From Eledone cirrhosa (lineage: Eukaryota): a stretch of 64,000 nucleotides of DNA. Under the pieces are notes generated by a model, which saw only the letters and a program-made list of their open reading frames with translations, was not told where the DNA came from and did not search any database. The stretch is from positions 16,306,001-16,370,000 of the forward strand of contig OZ024745.1 in the NCBI GenBank assembly GCA_964016885.1, written 5' to 3'. Both the position numbers and the translations under genes were made by a program. Positions 62,261-64,000 of the stretch are shown here, piece by piece (position 1 is the first letter of the stretch; each line of letters starts with the position of its first letter).

Positions 62261-62649
62261 GGTCTCCTTCATATTTCTTTCTCACTTCCATTCCTTATCC
62301 TCTTTGGAAAAATCTGCTTTATTCAGACCTGGAGAGGAGATGGACTTCACCAGGTTAAAGAAATGTCCTAGAAACTCCGTATGTCATTACAGTACTACTA
62401 CGACTCCGTCAGGATTTACGGGACCATACTTATATATGTTGTGTTGCGAGTGTTAGATAGTTATTGTGATTGTGTGTTCGTTAACATAGGTAATAACTTT
62501 CATATTTTCCATTTTTTCGGGTGAGAGAAAGCCTCGAATACAACATTTTAAAAGCATTCGGAAAGTTTCATGAAAATGTGATGCACACTTTGAACTGTTG
62601 TGAGTTACGTCACCAGCCTTAGGTTGGTAACAGTTTGCTGTTAGCAGAT

Positions 62650-63050
62650 GTCAACTAGTGAAGTTTTCTACCGAAAAAGATAAAAAGAAGTTAATGAAAA
62701 ATAGAAAAGGAAGAACTTGATCGTGTGCTGATGAAATATGTTTGTCACCATTGGAATAAAAATATGCCATGATTAGGAAACAAGTAAACATCTATCACAA
62801 CAAACAGAGTATTGAAGTTAACTGTGAATATCCAGAAAGCTAGTTACAAAAAGTTTAGAAAAATATATAGTATTAAATATTTAAATAATTTTAGTGATAA
62901 GGCGTCTACTGATCATAAAACTGCCGAGAAATATATTGATGAGTTTGCAAATATGGCTGATAAAAATATAACAACATACAAGTATATAACGCTGATAAAG
63001 CAACGTTATTCTGGTGTTATTGCTCCAGGGAAAAATTCACTATAGCTGAT
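62650..63050 (+). pseudogene. Tigger/pogo (CENP-B HTH + DDE) transposase relic
   Basis: LVKF..KKLMKNRK..EELDRVL..MIRKQVNIYH..IEVNCEY..LQKFRKIYSIKYL..SDKASTDHKTAEKYIDEFA..VYNAD, across frameshifts and deletions. Confidence 0.7.
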
Positions 63051-64000
63051 CAAAGATCGAATTCAAGAGTTAATGATTCCCAAAACAGATCAAATTTGAT
63101 ACCACGTCACACCGCTTTTGGGTTTATAAGACAAAGCTGTTTATTTTAAAATGTTTTTATTTATTTAAACACCTTGCATCATAATTTTATTGAAGAACCT
63201 GTTTTTGTGTTTCAAATGCCTACTTAATAATGATAGATTATACTTCCATATTTTTCATTATTTTCAAAAAATAGGAAAAATCCTAGACAGTGTTCTTCAT
63301 TTCAAATATGTTAGCTAAATAGTTAACAGTACAGGGACGTGCTAATGTATCAGGTACCTATCGTAGGCAAAAGCATGTCTACTTGCTGTTTTAAGGGTGT
63401 GACTATATTTGATCCGAATTGACAATATCGATCCCAGACCTCATTCGCTTACCGAATGAGGTGGAATTCGTCTGATCGGACCAAGGAAACAATGTTTCCA
63501 TGGGTCTTTCCAATTACTAATACTATTTACCAGGCACAATTCCTGGCAGAAGGAGCAACTTAAAACTTCTCTGTTTTTCCCCTTTTTTATTTTTTTAATT
63601 ACTTGTCTCCCTAGCTAATCAAAAAGTCTGTCAGGGCTTACTAGCACTATACGGACGTTTAAATTGATTAACTAAATAAATATATAAAAGAGGGAATGTT
63701 TTCTATGAAAGGAGGGGTTGAAATAAGACAGTAACAGAAAGACAGAATAAAAAGATGGCGATAGGTGGGATAAACGAGATAGTTGCAGAGAGAAAACATC
63801 GTGAGGGGATGGTTGAAGAGGGGACATTTCCCAACTTCCTGAAGGGTAGGTAGAAACAAGGTAGTGAAAGAAAGACAGAGAAAATACATTTTGTGGATAC
63901 AGGTGTGGTAATTAGAAGGTAGTGATTCAGGTGTGGTAACTAGAAGGTAGTGACAGAGAATGAAGATTCTGATGAGTACTATAATTAGAAAGATGTAAAA

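Overview
AT-rich, microsatellite-saturated animal (non-prokaryotic) DNA. The (TA)n/(CA)n/(GA)n density and SINE types suggest a cephalopod such as Octopus, which is an inference. Almost all short ORFs are microsatellite artefacts and no host gene is confidently recognisable. Two mobile-RNA systems stand out. (1) At 18.6-31.0 kb lies a head-to-tail array of three diverged Tx1-like (L1 clade) non-LTR retrotransposons: ORF1 with a CCHC knuckle, and ORF2 with APE endonuclease, RT and zinc finger. Each copy starts in and ends in a (TATC)n tract instead of poly(A), pointing to a (TATC/GATA)n-targeting family, and the copies share structure-conserved 5' and 3' UTR hairpins. (2) About 19 type-I hammerhead ribozyme motifs from about 6 families sit beside (TA)n tracts. 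They include ~535-nt tandem non-coding ribozyme-delimited units (retrozyme/Penelope pLTR-like) with compensatory base changes, variant catalytic cores, inverted-terminus elements and one Penelope GIY-YIG fragment. Also present: two non-autonomous Helitrons, RTE and CRE-like LINE 3' fragments, a Tigger/pogo relic, MITEs and many tRNA-derived SINEs. All structures were read by eye; boundaries of degenerate repeats are approximate.
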